From Polyangiales bacterium (GTDB lineage: Bacteria > Myxococcota_A > Polyangia > Polyangiales > Polyangiaceae), in contig JBBRLQ010000037.1 in the NCBI GenBank assembly GCA_038231275.1, positions 1-64,000 of the forward strand: a DNA stretch of 64,000 bases. The letters run 5' to 3'. The stretch's first letter is position 1. The number at the start of each line of letters is the position of its first letter. Shown piece by piece: positions 7,338-16,820 of this stretch. A program made the position numbers and the translations under genes. Under the pieces are notes generated by a model that was given only the letters and a program-made list of their open reading frames with translations, was not told the origin of the DNA and made no database searches.

Positions 7338-7812
7338 CCGGTACTGGCCCGGTCCCGGAATGTGCGGGGCCCTTTCGAGCCTCGCCCAGAACTGGGGCTT
7401 CATTCATGCGAGCAGAGACGTTGCTTCGTGCAGCGTGCCGAGCCGAAGCTCGGATAGGGAGACGCTTGCGAGTGGCCTCCCGTTACGTTGCACGCTCTCT
7501 ACCCGCCCGATTCGCCGCGTGTGACGGTCCCGCGTGGGGGAAGGTCATCGCGGCGCTTCGAGCGCTACGGCATAAGCCCCTTGGGACTCGAGCCACTGGT
7601 ACTCTGCATGATGAGAATCCTCCTCCGGCCACGCCGGCACTCGGGGGGTCGGCGGACGCTCGTCTAGAACGAGTCGCTCGTCGCCACGGCGAGTGTTTCC
7701 GCAAGGGGAGCGCGGGCCCAAGAGGGAACGCGGTCCCGGTTGTTGCCATGCTTACGCGGGTGGCCCGCGCCGGAGTAGTCCGGGATCTGAATCGAACCGA
7801 GCACGGCGACCT
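7296..7812 (-). ncRNA. Candidate large structured RNA of unknown family (contains a 14-codon ORF)
   Basis: Extended -10 upstream, terminator downstream, long 5'/3' closing helix, UUCG and GAAA tetraloop hairpins, no credible long ORF. Confidence 0.6.
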
Positions 7813-7818
7813 CTCCAC

Positions 7819-7827
7819 ATAGTAACA
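7819..7827 (-). promoter_or_regulatory. Extended -10 promoter element
   Basis: TG-T-TACTAT about 7 nt upstream of the first base of the closing helix. Confidence 0.55.
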
Positions 7828-7883
7828 CGCTCTTTCGAGCTGTCTTCCCAAGGGGGGAACGAAAAAAAGCTCGTCCGTGCGCT

Positions 7884-8474
7884 TCAGTAGGTGAGCGTCG
7901 TCTTGTCCGACTTTTTCGCGGTGAGCGTGTAGGCCATGTTGCACGGCAGGCTGGCCCACCCGCCGCCGGCGACCGCCAGCTGGTCGGAGCAATCGGAGTC
8001 TGGCGTCGGGTTGTACGCGTAGTCGAGCGAGCCGGTAAACGTCGTCGGCGCATCGCCGGCGCCGAGGGTCGCGTTGAGGCTGTCGGTGCGCGTGAGGGCG
8101 CAGCCGCTCACCTTGTTTTTGGCGTCGGCAGCGCGCAGCTCGGTCGTGCCGCTCGACTGAAGGAGCGCGTGCTGGCTGGCGTCGAGCGTGCCCTTTACCG
8201 GCAGGCCGCCCTGGAGCCAGTAGAGCGTCGAGCCGTCACGATTGAGCTTCACGTCGAACTCCCACGGATCGGGCGCGCCTCCCGCGCCGACGCACGCGTT
8301 GCTCGTGAGCTTGCCGGTCACATGAAAGACGCCGAGCGGCTGACCTGGGTTGTACGGATCTTTTCCGGAACAGCCGGGCGCGAGGGTGACGACGGACGTG
8401 AGGAAGAGGAGAGAGAGCGGCGAGAGGGGAGAGACGAAGGCAGCCAGGGCCGAGGCGAGGGGTGGACGGCGCAT
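7884..8474 (-). CDS. Hypothetical lipoprotein
   Basis: Hydrophobic signal ending LAPGC, good codon bias. Confidence 0.75.
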   Translation of the reverse strand: MRRPPLASALAAFVSPLSPLSLLFLTSVVTLAPGCSGKDPYNPGQPLGVFHVTGKLTSNACVGAGGAPDPWEFDVKLNRDGSTLYWLQGGLPVKGTLDASQHALLQSSGTTELRAADAKNKVSGCALTRTDSLNATLGAGDAPTTFTGSLDYAYNPTPDSDCSDQLAVAGGGWASLPCNMAYTLTAKKSDKTTLTY

Positions 8475-8522
8475 GCAGAAGGACCTATCAAAGTGTCCCC
8501 AAACCGGGCAATTTTGCGGCGG

Positions 8523-9269
8523 ATGTTGGCGAGCTGGTCACAGTGGGACGGTCGGGCGCTCCGTCGCGCGCTCTTCGTCGGCACGCTGATGGTCGGCCTC
8601 GCATGGCTCGTGACCGCGGCGACCGACGAAGGGAACGTCGCGTGGGCGGCGCGGCTCGGTCGCGCGCTGCCGACGACGCCCATCTGCGCAGCGATCGGCG
8701 CCTGGATCGCGATCGCGCCGGCGCGCGGACGCGGAGAGCTTCGCGCACTGGCGGCGCTCGGACGGAGCCCGTGGCAAAACGCGCGCGCGGCGGCGCTCGG
8801 TGGAGCGATGGTCGCCGCGATCGCGGGCCTCGCGATCGCGATCTCTTCGCGCGTCGACGTCGAGGGCTTCTATCCGGCGATCGGCGGCAGCGCCGACGTG
8901 CGTTTCGAGGACGATGCGTTCGTCGATCACGACAGCGGATGGAAGATCGGCCAGGACGGCACGCTCGCGCCTGCGATCACACCGACACCGCCGCGTGACG
9001 CGCGAATCCCTCCTCACGGTCGCGCGTCCGCGGGCCTCGCGACGTTCCTCGCGGGCCTCGCGCTCGCGCTGATCACCGCGCACCCTGCGCCCCCGAGGCG
9101 GCGCGCGATGTGGCTAGGAATTGGCGCGCTCTCCGGTGCAGCGACGCTGTTCCTCTTCCAGGCGGCCGCGGCGCATCGCGTGATGCCGGCGTGGGCCGCG
9201 CTTCCGCCCGCCCTCCTCCTCGCGGCGGCGGCGGCGCGCTATCGTGAGGCGCGATGGCGAACGAAGTGA
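8523..9269 (+). CDS. Integral membrane protein, LptF/LptG-like motif
   Basis: About 6 TM segments; GELRALAALGRSPW resembles the LptF/G coupling helix. Confidence 0.6.
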   Translation: MLASWSQWDGRALRRALFVGTLMVGLAWLVTAATDEGNVAWAARLGRALPTTPICAAIGAWIAIAPARGRGELRALAALGRSPWQNARAAALGGAMVAAIAGLAIAISSRVDVEGFYPAIGGSADVRFEDDAFVDHDSGWKIGQDGTLAPAITPTPPRDARIPPHGRASAGLATFLAGLALALITAHPAPPRRRAMWLGIGALSGAATLFLFQAAAAHRVMPAWAALPPALLLAAAAARYREARWRTK

Positions 9270-10219
9270 CGGGCAGCTGGGGCTCGAACGGCGGCGAGTG
9301 GAGCATCGTCGTCCATGGCGGGGCAGGGGACGTCGCCGCGAGCACCCTCGAAGCCCGCGTCGCCGCGTGCTCTCGCGCGGCGGCCGAAGGCGGCAAGATC
9401 CTCGCGGACGGAGGCACTTCCCTCAACGCCGTGCAGCGCGCCGTCGAGCTGCTCGAAGACGATCCGCTCTTCAACGCCGGCACCGGCGCGTCGCTGACGA
9501 GTGACGGCACAATCGAGCTCGACGCGTCGCTCATGGAGGGCACGCGCCTCGCCGCTGGCGCCGTCTGCGCGATGCCGGCGTTCAAGAACCCGATCGCGAT
9601 CGCGCGCGCGGTGCTCGACGCGGGCGGGCACGTTCTCTACGCCGCCGAAGGTGCTGCGCGCTTCGCCGTCGCGTGCGGCTTCGCGCGCGGGAAGGACGAG
9701 GACATGATCACGCCGGCCGCGCGCGCCTTCTTCGAGCGCGTCCGCGCAGAGGATCCCGAGGGCGGCGCCGCCCACGCGCAGAACTGGGCGGGCGGCGGAC
9801 ACGAGGGCTGCAGCCACGGCACGGTCGGCGCCGTCGCGCGCGATGGGCGCGGCGCCGTCGCGTCGGCGACAAGCACCGGCGGCCGGATGTACAAGAGGCC
9901 CGGCCGCGTCGGCGACACGCCGATCCTCGGCGCAGGCACCTACGCGGACGACGGCGCGGGCGCGGCCTCGAACACCGGCGACGGCGAGGCGGTGCTCCGT
10001 CTTTGCCTCGCGAAGACCGCGTGCGAGTGGATGCGGCAAGGCATGCACCCCGAGGACGCGGCGCGCGCGTCCGTGCAGCTGCTCGTCGATCGCACCGAGG
10101 GCCTCGGCGGAATCATCCTCGTCGATCGCGACGGACGCGTGGGCCTGGCGCGCACGACCACGTCAATGCTGTGGGGAGCGATGGCGGCCGAATGGGACGC
10201 CCCGCTCGGCGGCAGCTGA
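9254..10219 (+). CDS. iaaA: Isoaspartyl peptidase/L-asparaginase (Ntn hydrolase)
   Basis: HGGAG, LEDDPLFNAG, GTVGAVA, STGG, GRVGDTP. Confidence 0.92.
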   Translation: MANEVTGSWGSNGGEWSIVVHGGAGDVAASTLEARVAACSRAAAEGGKILADGGTSLNAVQRAVELLEDDPLFNAGTGASLTSDGTIELDASLMEGTRLAAGAVCAMPAFKNPIAIARAVLDAGGHVLYAAEGAARFAVACGFARGKDEDMITPAARAFFERVRAEDPEGGAAHAQNWAGGGHEGCSHGTVGAVARDGRGAVASATSTGGRMYKRPGRVGDTPILGAGTYADDGAGAASNTGDGEAVLRLCLAKTACEWMRQGMHPEDAARASVQLLVDRTEGLGGIILVDRDGRVGLARTTTSMLWGAMAAEWDAPLGGS

Positions 10220-10225
10220 CGACGC

Positions 10226-10390
10226 TTACTTGTCGGTCGCGGGAGTCGCGGACGACCCGATGCCTTTGCGATCCATCGCGTCCTGCAGGCCGCAACGGAC
10301 GCGGGTGGCGCGCTTGACGCGCTTGGCCTTCAGCGGCGTGGCGAGCCACTCGTGACGCTTACGAACGTTCCAAATCGCACGGTTTGACAT
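10226..10390 (-). CDS. Small basic protein, 54 aa (below the ORF-track cutoff)
   Basis: MSNRAIWNVRKRHEWLATPLKAKRVKRATRVRCGLQDAMDRKGIGSSATPATDK; fills the intergenic gap with host-like codon bias. Confidence 0.6.
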   Translation of the reverse strand: MSNRAIWNVRKRHEWLATPLKAKRVKRATRVRCGLQDAMDRKGIGSSATPATDK

Positions 10391-10456
10391 AGGGCCGCGC
10401 AATTTGCCTGTTTTTCCGCGCAGGTCAAGCGAAACCCGACCCGCGGGGGGCGGCCT

Positions 10457-10768
10457 TCAGTCGGGGAGGGGCTCGAGGGTGACGTCGAGGAGAACCGGGG
10501 CTTGGGTCGCGACGATCTCGCGATCCCAGGGGACGAAGCCGGGGGCTTCGACGCTGATCCGGTGGGTGCCGGGGGCGAGGGCGACGCCACGCGCGGCGAC
10601 GAGGTCGAGGGAGCCGACCATTCGATCGTCGATGGTGACGGTTGCCCGGGCTGGCCCGCCGCGTACGCGCAAAGAAACGGAATGAACGTTCATTCCGTTT
10701 CCGCCGCACGCCGCGAGTAACACCAGGAAACCCGTGGCGACGAACGCCGTTGCGGAACGAACGTTCAT
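10457..10768 (-). CDS. PEGA-domain lipoprotein
   Basis: LAAC lipobox; ATVTIDDR..G...[19 protein letters not shown] overlap with guaA. Confidence 0.8.
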   Translation of the reverse strand: MNVRSATAFVATGFLVLLAACGGNGMNVHSVSLRVRGGPARATVTIDDRMVGSLDLVAARGVALAPGTHRISVEAPGFVPWDREIVATQAPVLLDVTLEPLPD

Positions 10769-12321
10769 TCCCATTCGATGGTCGCGGGGGGCTTGCTCGA
10801 GATGTCGTAGACGACCCGGTTGATCCCCCGGACCTCGTTGATGATCCTCGTCGAGATCTTCGCAAGCACGTCGTACGGGATCTTCGCCCAGTCCGCCGTC
10901 ATCCCATCCACCGACACCACCGCGCGGACCGCGCACGCCTCTTCGTACGTCCGCTCGTCCCCCATCACCCCGACGCTGCGCACAGGCAACAGCACACAAA
11001 AGCTCTGCCAGATCGCCTCGTACAAACCTGCCGCCCGGATCTCGTCCGTCACAATCCGGTCCGCCGCCCGCAGCACCTTCAAGCGTGACTCGTTCACCTC
11101 GCCGAGGCACCGGATCGCGAGCCCCGGCCCCGGGAACGGCTGTCGCATCAGCATCTCGCGCGGCATCCCCAGAGACTCGCCGGCCGACCGGACCTCGTCC
11201 TTGAACAGCTCTCGCAGAGGCTCGATGAGCTTCAGCTTCATCCGCTCGGGCAAGCCGCCGACGTTGTGGTGGCTCTTGATGACCGCGCTCGGCCCCTTGA
11301 ACGACACGCTCTCGATAACGTCGGGGTAGAGGGTGCCCTGCACGAGGTATTTCGCGTTCTTCACCTTGGCGGCCTCTTCCTCGAAGACCTCGATGAAGAC
11401 GCGGCCGATGATCTTCCGCTTCTGCTCGGGATCGGTCACTCCCTTCATCGCGGAGAGGAAACGCTCGCGGGCGTCGATGGCGATGAGATTGAGCTGGAAG
11501 TGCTCGCGGAACGTCGCGACGACCTGCTCGAACTCGCCCGAGCGGAGGACGCCGTTGTCGACGAAGATGCACGTGAGCCGGTCGCCGAGCGCCTTGTGGC
11601 AGATCATCGCAGCGACCGACGAGTCGACGCCGCCCGACAGACCGCACACCGCGTGCTCGTCGGCGCCGACGCGCTCTTTGACGATCGCGATCGCTTCTTC
11701 CGTGAAAGAGCCTGCCGTCCACGTCGGCGTGAGGCCGGCGACGTCGAAGAGGAACGCCGCCAGGATCTCCCCACCGCGCGGCGTATGCACGACCTCCGGG
11801 TGGAACTGCAGGCCGTAGATCTTGCGCGCCACATTTTCGACGGCGCAAAAAGGAGTGTTGCCGGAGTTGCCGATCGTCTGGAAGCCCGGCGGCATCGCGG
11901 TGATGCTGTCGCCGTGGCTCATCCACACGTCGATTTGCTCGCCCTTCGCGAAGCGGTGGAGGATGCCCTCGTTCTTGTCGACGGTGACCTTTGCGGCGCC
12001 GAACTCGCGGGCGTCGGCGCGCTCCACCTTGCCGCCGAGCTGGTACGCGATCAGCTGGAGGCCGTAGCAGATGCCGAGGATCGGGACGCCGAGCTCGTAC
12101 ACCCTCTTGTCCACCGACGGGGCCCCCTCGCCGTAGACGCTCGCGGGGCCGCCCGACAGGACGATCGCACGCGGGTTCATTGCGCGGAGCTTCTCGAAGT
12201 CGAGCGTGCACGGGTGGATCTCGCAGTAGACGCGCTGCTCGCGGATGCGGCGCGCGATGAGCTGCGTGTACTGCGAGCCGAAGTCGACGACGACGACCAG
12301 ATCGCGCGGAGCGTGGGTCAT
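10765..12321 (-). CDS. guaA: GMP synthase (glutamine-hydrolysing)
   Basis: [41 protein letters not shown]. Confidence 0.99.
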   Translation of the reverse strand: MTHAPRDLVVVVDFGSQYTQLIARRIREQRVYCEIHPCTLDFEKLRAMNPRAIVLSGGPASVYGEGAPSVDKRVYELGVPILGICYGLQLIAYQLGGKVERADAREFGAAKVTVDKNEGILHRFAKGEQIDVWMSHGDSITAMPPGFQTIGNSGNTPFCAVENVARKIYGLQFHPEVVHTPRGGEILAAFLFDVAGLTPTWTAGSFTEEAIAIVKERVGADEHAVCGLSGGVDSSVAAMICHKALGDRLTCIFVDNGVLRSGEFEQVVATFREHFQLNLIAIDARERFLSAMKGVTDPEQKRKIIGRVFIEVFEEEAAKVKNAKYLVQGTLYPDVIESVSFKGPSAVIKSHHNVGGLPERMKLKLIEPLRELFKDEVRSAGESLGMPREMLMRQPFPGPGLAIRCLGEVNESRLKVLRAADRIVTDEIRAAGLYEAIWQSFCVLLPVRSVGVMGDERTYEEACAVRAVVSVDGMTADWAKIPYDVLAKISTRIINEVRGINRVVYDISSKPPATIEWE

Positions 12322-12371
12322 GGCACGAGGTTGCTAGCACGCCGTTCGGCGGCGCAAAAGCGTGGCGGCCG

Positions 12372-13229
12372 TCAGAAGCGCGCAGCGATCTCGGCCACGC
12401 CGCCGCCAGCGACGGCGCGCACGTCGACGCCCGTGATCCCGGTCCGGGCAGGCGGCGGCGAGGCGGCGCTCGTCAGGACCATCCACGTGGCCACGCCGAG
12501 CGCGACGACGCCGACGCCGAGCGAGATGTCGGCGATGATGAGCTTGCCGCGCGCCGTGTCGACCTTCGACGGATCGCAGTTGGGGGCGCACGAGCTGCGT
12601 AGGTCCGAAACGTCGGACCTTCCCGTCAAGCCGAAGAAGGCGAACGAGCCGATCGCGACGACCCCGACGGCGCCGAGTGCAGCGATGGCCGCGCCGGGGA
12701 CGCCGCCGCCGCGTGTTGGGGCAGGCTCCGGAGGCGTGGGCGTCGCAGCGACGGGCGCTGGACCAAGCCGCACGGTGAGCGCGCGGTTCTTCTCGCCCGC
12801 GTGCATGACGAGACGATCGTCGACCGGCGCGGCCCCGGGCGCCTCGAAGCGGAGCGCATGCTCGCCCGGATCGAGCGCGAGCGGCTTTCCGTCGAGCTTG
12901 TCGGCGAACGGTTGGCCGTCCACGGTGACCTTCACGTTCGTGAGATCGCGGCCCGCGCCGTCCTTCGCGCTGATGACGACCGACGGCATGCTCTGGTCGA
13001 GCGCGGCGAGCCACTCGGTGCAGTCCTTCTTGACGATGCCGGGGCACGCGTCGCGCGTGCACGCCACGAACAGCTCGCGTGCGCGCTTGTATTTCCCGTC
13101 GTCGCGCAGGAGCTGGGCCTCCTCGGAGGCCTTCACGCACTTCGCAATGTCGTCGGCTGCGGCCGTGCGCGGCGTGAGCCATGCCGCCGTAGAGAGAGCG
13201 ACGGCGAGGGCGAAGGTGGCCGCGCGCAT
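12372..13229 (-). CDS. Exported TPR-like/PEGA-like protein with C-terminal hydrophobic segments
   Basis: Signal peptide, VTVDG...LDPGEH motif; typical kinase-adjacent myxobacterial gene. Confidence 0.75.
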   Translation of the reverse strand: MRAATFALAVALSTAAWLTPRTAAADDIAKCVKASEEAQLLRDDGKYKRARELFVACTRDACPGIVKKDCTEWLAALDQSMPSVVISAKDGAGRDLTNVKVTVDGQPFADKLDGKPLALDPGEHALRFEAPGAAPVDDRLVMHAGEKNRALTVRLGPAPVAATPTPPEPAPTRGGGVPGAAIAALGAVGVVAIGSFAFFGLTGRSDVSDLRSSCAPNCDPSKVDTARGKLIIADISLGVGVVALGVATWMVLTSAASPPPARTGITGVDVRAVAGGGVAEIAARF

Positions 13230-13239
13230 GATCTCGAGG

Positions 13240-14742
13240 CTACTTGGTCATGCACTCCATTTTGTATTTTTTGTGCCCGGCCGCGTCGATGGTGAACGGC
13301 GGATCGCAGCTCGGCTTCGGCGTCACGGGCGGCGGCGGCGGGCGCGGGGCGGGACGCGCGACGATCGGCTTCGCGGTGGCCGGAGGCGGCGTGCTCGTGC
13401 CCGATTTCGGGGGCGTCGGATCGGGCGAGGGGGCCGGATCGAGGACACTCGGCGGGACGTCGGCGACGGGCGGAGGTGGAGCCGCGACGGCGACGGGCGG
13501 CGCAGCGGTGGGTCGTCGTCCGCGCTGCACGAGGACGATCGCGCCGACGGCGCCCGCCAAGACGACGCCGCCGAGAAGTGCGGCGAGAACGCTGCGGCTG
13601 CGTCCGCGGCCCTTCGCGCTCGGAATGCCCGAATGGGAAACCGAGATGCTCGACAGCTGCGAGTCGAGCTCGGCGGGCGGCGCGGGCTTCTCGTCGATGC
13701 GCGCCGGTGTCGCGCCGCGGGTCGCCTCTTCGAGGAGCGCCGCGCTCTGCTTTCCGCCGTGCTGCGACGAGACGCTCTCGATCTCCGCGACGCGTGCGGC
13801 GCGCTTGCCGAGCTCTTCGGCGGCGATGCGTTCCACCCACTCGCCGACCTCGCTCGGCGATGCCATTCGACCGCACCGCTCGAGCGCGATCGCCATCTCG
13901 CGCGCGGTCGCCCACCGATCCTCCGGGCGCTTCGCGATGCCACGCGCCACCACCTCGTCGAACGCAGGTGGGAGGCCCGGCGTGACGGAGCTCGGCGGCG
14001 GCACGTTCCCCTGGAGTGCCTTCAAGAGGACCATCGCCTCGTTGTCGCCTTCGAAGAGGCGCTTGCCGGTGAGCGTCTCCCACAGGACGATCGCGGCCGC
14101 ATAGACGTCGGTCTGGCGCGTGACGTGACCGGTGTGGAGCTGCTCCGGAGCCATGTAGGCGATCTTGCCTTTGAGCTGGCCTTCGCGCGTGGTCTGGAGT
14201 CGCCCCGCGGCCTTCGCGACGCCGAAGTCGAGCACGCGCGCGACGCCGTCGGTGCCGATGAGCACGTTCTGCGGCGACACATCGCGATGGACGATGTCGA
14301 GCGGCTGACCGTGCTCGTCCTTGGCCTCGTGCGCGGCGTGGAGGCCGTGGAGCATGCCGGCGAGAATCGTCACCGCCACGTCCGCGGGAACGGCGGCCTG
14401 TCGCGCGCGCAGCGCTCGACACAAGCGCGCGAGCGACTCGCCCTGCACGTACTCCATGACGAGGAAGATCTCTCCGTCTGTCGCGACCACGTCGAGCGTC
14501 GGCACGACGTTGGGATGACGGATGCGTCCCGCGAGGCGCGCCTCGTCGAGGAACATCGTCACGAACTCCGGATCCTTCGCGAACTGCGGGTGTAGGCGCT
14601 TGATCGCGACGGTGCGCGAGAAGCCGACCGGGCCGTTGAGGCGCCCGAAGTGCACGGTGGCCATTCCGCCCGCGGCGATCTCGCCGAAGAGGATGTACCT
14701 CCCAACGACGCGGGCGCCGTGGGCTTCGGCAGGACCGGCCAT
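13240..14742 (-). CDS. Membrane Ser/Thr protein kinase
   Basis: AGGMATV, VAIKR, HRDVSPQN, DFG, APE; TM segment and Pro-rich tail. Confidence 0.95.
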   Translation of the reverse strand: MAGPAEAHGARVVGRYILFGEIAAGGMATVHFGRLNGPVGFSRTVAIKRLHPQFAKDPEFVTMFLDEARLAGRIRHPNVVPTLDVVATDGEIFLVMEYVQGESLARLCRALRARQAAVPADVAVTILAGMLHGLHAAHEAKDEHGQPLDIVHRDVSPQNVLIGTDGVARVLDFGVAKAAGRLQTTREGQLKGKIAYMAPEQLHTGHVTRQTDVYAAAIVLWETLTGKRLFEGDNEAMVLLKALQGNVPPPSSVTPGLPPAFDEVVARGIAKRPEDRWATAREMAIALERCGRMASPSEVGEWVERIAAEELGKRAARVAEIESVSSQHGGKQSAALLEEATRGATPARIDEKPAPPAELDSQLSSISVSHSGIPSAKGRGRSRSVLAALLGGVVLAGAVGAIVLVQRGRRPTAAPPVAVAAPPPPVADVPPSVLDPAPSPDPTPPKSGTSTPPPATAKPIVARPAPRPPPPPVTPKPSCDPPFTIDAAGHKKYKMECMTK

Positions 14743-14890
14743 GCTCCCGACACGGTACCGCAGGGCCCGGCGGAAAAGGCGCGTGCCCGACGCGACGCGT
14801 GGCGATGCGAGTATGCCCGTGTGGGCGAACGCGGTGGATTGCGGGCGCGCCCTCACGAATTCCTACCCGTGCTCGACGACCTGAGGCACC

Positions 14891-15349
14891 GTGTTCCTCA
14901 TGATTCCGGACGTGACGATCTCCGTAGTGCGGGTCGGGCCGATCGTCGTGCCGTTGCCCTCGTACCAGTCCGAGGGCGCGGCGGGGATGGATCTGCACGC
15001 CGCGCTCGCCGCGCCGGTGGTGCTGGCGCCGCTCGCGCGTGCGAAGATCCCGACGGGCCTGCAGCTCGCCATCCCCGAGCAGTTCGAGGGGCAGATCCGC
15101 CCGCGGTCGGGGCTCGCGGCCAAGCGCGGCATCACCGTGCTGAACACGCCAGGCACCGTGGACTCCGACTACCGCGGCGAGGTGATGGTGCTCCTCGTGA
15201 ACTTGAGCGACCAGAGTGCGACCATCGAGCCCCTCGAGCGAATCGCCCAGATCGTCTTCGCGCCGGTGGGCAGGGCCGAGCTCCGGCTGGTGGAAGACCT
15301 CGGCGGTACGGCGCGCGGCTCGGGCGGCTATGGATCGACCGGGACGTGA
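14891..15349 (+). CDS. dut: dUTP diphosphatase
   Basis: [33 protein letters not shown]. Confidence 0.97.
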   Translation: MFLMIPDVTISVVRVGPIVVPLPSYQSEGAAGMDLHAALAAPVVLAPLARAKIPTGLQLAIPEQFEGQIRPRSGLAAKRGITVLNTPGTVDSDYRGEVMVLLVNLSDQSATIEPLERIAQIVFAPVGRAELRLVEDLGGTARGSGGYGSTGT

Positions 15350-15380
15350 GAAGTCGCCTATAAGAGGATCTGGGGAATCC

Positions 15381-16820
15381 ATGAGCGAGGACGCGTCCAG
15401 CGAAACGAAGCGGCGGGACGAGGCGGGCGTCAGCGAGCCCCCTCCCGCGACCCCGCGTAGCCCGGGCTCCGAGCCCCGAACGGCGTCGCCGGCCGAGGCC
15501 GCGAAGGCAGCAAAGGCGAAGGAGTCCGAGAAGGACGGCGACGCCGACGCCGGAGCGGCGGCGCCCGTGTCGATCCGGAGCTTGGCGACCGCGCGCGCCG
15601 AGCCTGCACCGCCGTCGATGGCGCCGAAGGAGCGCGAGGCCCTCGCCAAGAAGCGTGTCGGATCGACGCTCAAGGGCTGGCGCCTCGCGCGTCTCCTCGG
15701 GGTTGGTCCTGTGTGCGCGGCGTACGAGACCTTCCGCGGCGCCGACGACAGCGGCGAGCACGTGGTCCTGCGCATCATGGTCGGCAACATCGGCGCGCAC
15801 CAGCGCGCCCGCGCGATGCTCCTCCGCGGCGCGTACGCGTCGAACCGCTTCAACCACCCGCGGGTCGTCCCCGTCGTCGCGGACGGCACGGACGGCGATG
15901 GGACGCCCTTCGTCGTTCGCCCGTGGATCGACGCCGAGACGCTCGACCACACCATCGCCAAGAGCGACGACCCGATGACCGAGGCGCAGGTCCTCCGCGT
16001 CGCCGAGCAGATCCTCGACGCCCTGGAGATCGCGCACTCCCACGGGATCGTGCATGGCGCGATCACCGCCAAGAACATCCTCGTCACGCCGCGGGGCTCG
16101 GTGCGCCTGTGCGATTTTTCGGTGCCGCCAGGGATGGGACCTCGGACGAGCGACGACGTCGACGTGCTCGCGCAGCGCCGAATCGGGCCTTTCTCGGCGC
16201 CCGAGCGCTGCGGCGACGAGCCGGGCCCGGCGAGCGAGCAGTCGGACATCTACATGCTTGCAGCATGCATGTATTACGCGATCTCCCGCGAGCACCCGCG
16301 CGGCGAGGCGGCCCCCGACGACCTCGCGCGCACGGCGGCGAAGCCGGTGCGTCAGGTTGCTCCCAAGGTGACCGAGTATTTCGCGATGGTCGTGGACCAC
16401 GCCCTCTCGCTCGAGCCCGCGGCGCGCTTCGAGAGCGCGTACGCGATGCTCGGCGACGTGCGTCGCGTCATGGCCGGCCGCAAGCCCAAGCTCGGTGACG
16501 CGCGCAAGCCGGTGCCGAGCGGCAGCTTCTCGGCGATCCCGCTGTCCAGCCGGGACGGCTCGCCGTCGAGCCAGCGCCTGCAGATGTCGCGCGGCGATTT
16601 CCCGCCGTCGTCGTCGACCTCGCAGAGCCGCCGCGCGGGCCGCGTGCAGTGGCGCGGCAACTTCGCGCTCATCCTCGCGATCGCCCTCCTCGTCGGCGTC
16701 GCCACCTTCGTCATGGTCCGCGAGAAGGTGGAGGAGACCCGCGCGCAGGAGCAAGAGGAGCTCCTCAAGAAGCAGCAGAAGAACGTGGTCGCCCCCGCGG
16801 CGAGCGTGCCGTCGCAATGA
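15381..16820 (+). CDS. Ser/Thr kinase-like pseudokinase with C-terminal TM segment
   Basis: Kinase fold, but VVLR for VAIK, HGA for HRD and DFS for DFG; APE retained. Confidence 0.85.
   Translation: MSEDASSETKRRDEAGVSEPPPATPRSPGSEPRTASPAEAAKAAKAKESEKDGDADAGAAAPVSIRSLATARAEPAPPSMAPKEREALAKKRVGSTLKGWRLARLLGVGPVCAAYETFRGADDSGEHVVLRIMVGNIGAHQRARAMLLRGAYASNRFNHPRVVPVVADGTDGDGTPFVVRPWIDAETLDHTIAKSDDPMTEAQVLRVAEQILDALEIAHSHGIVHGAITAKNILVTPRGSVRLCDFSVPPGMGPRTSDDVDVLAQRRIGPFSAPERCGDEPGPASEQSDIYMLAACMYYAISREHPRGEAAPDDLARTAAKPVRQVAPKVTEYFAMVVDHALSLEPAARFESAYAMLGDVRRVMAGRKPKLGDARKPVPSGSFSAIPLSSRDGSPSSQRLQMSRGDFPPSSSTSQSRRAGRVQWRGNFALILAIALLVGVATFVMVREKVEETRAQEQEELLKKQQKNVVAPAASVPSQ

Noticed and set aside
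7296..7812. Identity as RNase P RNA, tmRNA, SRP RNA, 6S RNA or retron msr-msd
   Set aside because: No GAGGAAAGUCC/ACAGAA..CGGCUUA motifs, no tRNA-like GGGG...CCA ends or ALAA tag, no SRP GGAAGG-AGCAG loop, too long and branched for 6S, and no reverse transcriptase nearby; an Rfam check is still needed
7313..7992. ORFs 7313-7822 (+) and 7483-7992 (-) as genes
   Set aside because: Arg/Ala/Pro-rich translations without motifs or host-like codon bias; they cross the predicted terminator stem or promoter
12321..12335. Sigma54-like TGGCACG...TTGCT at the guaA start
   Set aside because: GG-GC spacing is one base short and it points away from guaA
11266..14595. 1109-aa plus-strand ORF and similar long ORFs (40340-43264, 46435-48672, 13133-16249)
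   Set aside because: Shadow frames of well-supported genes, expected at this GC content
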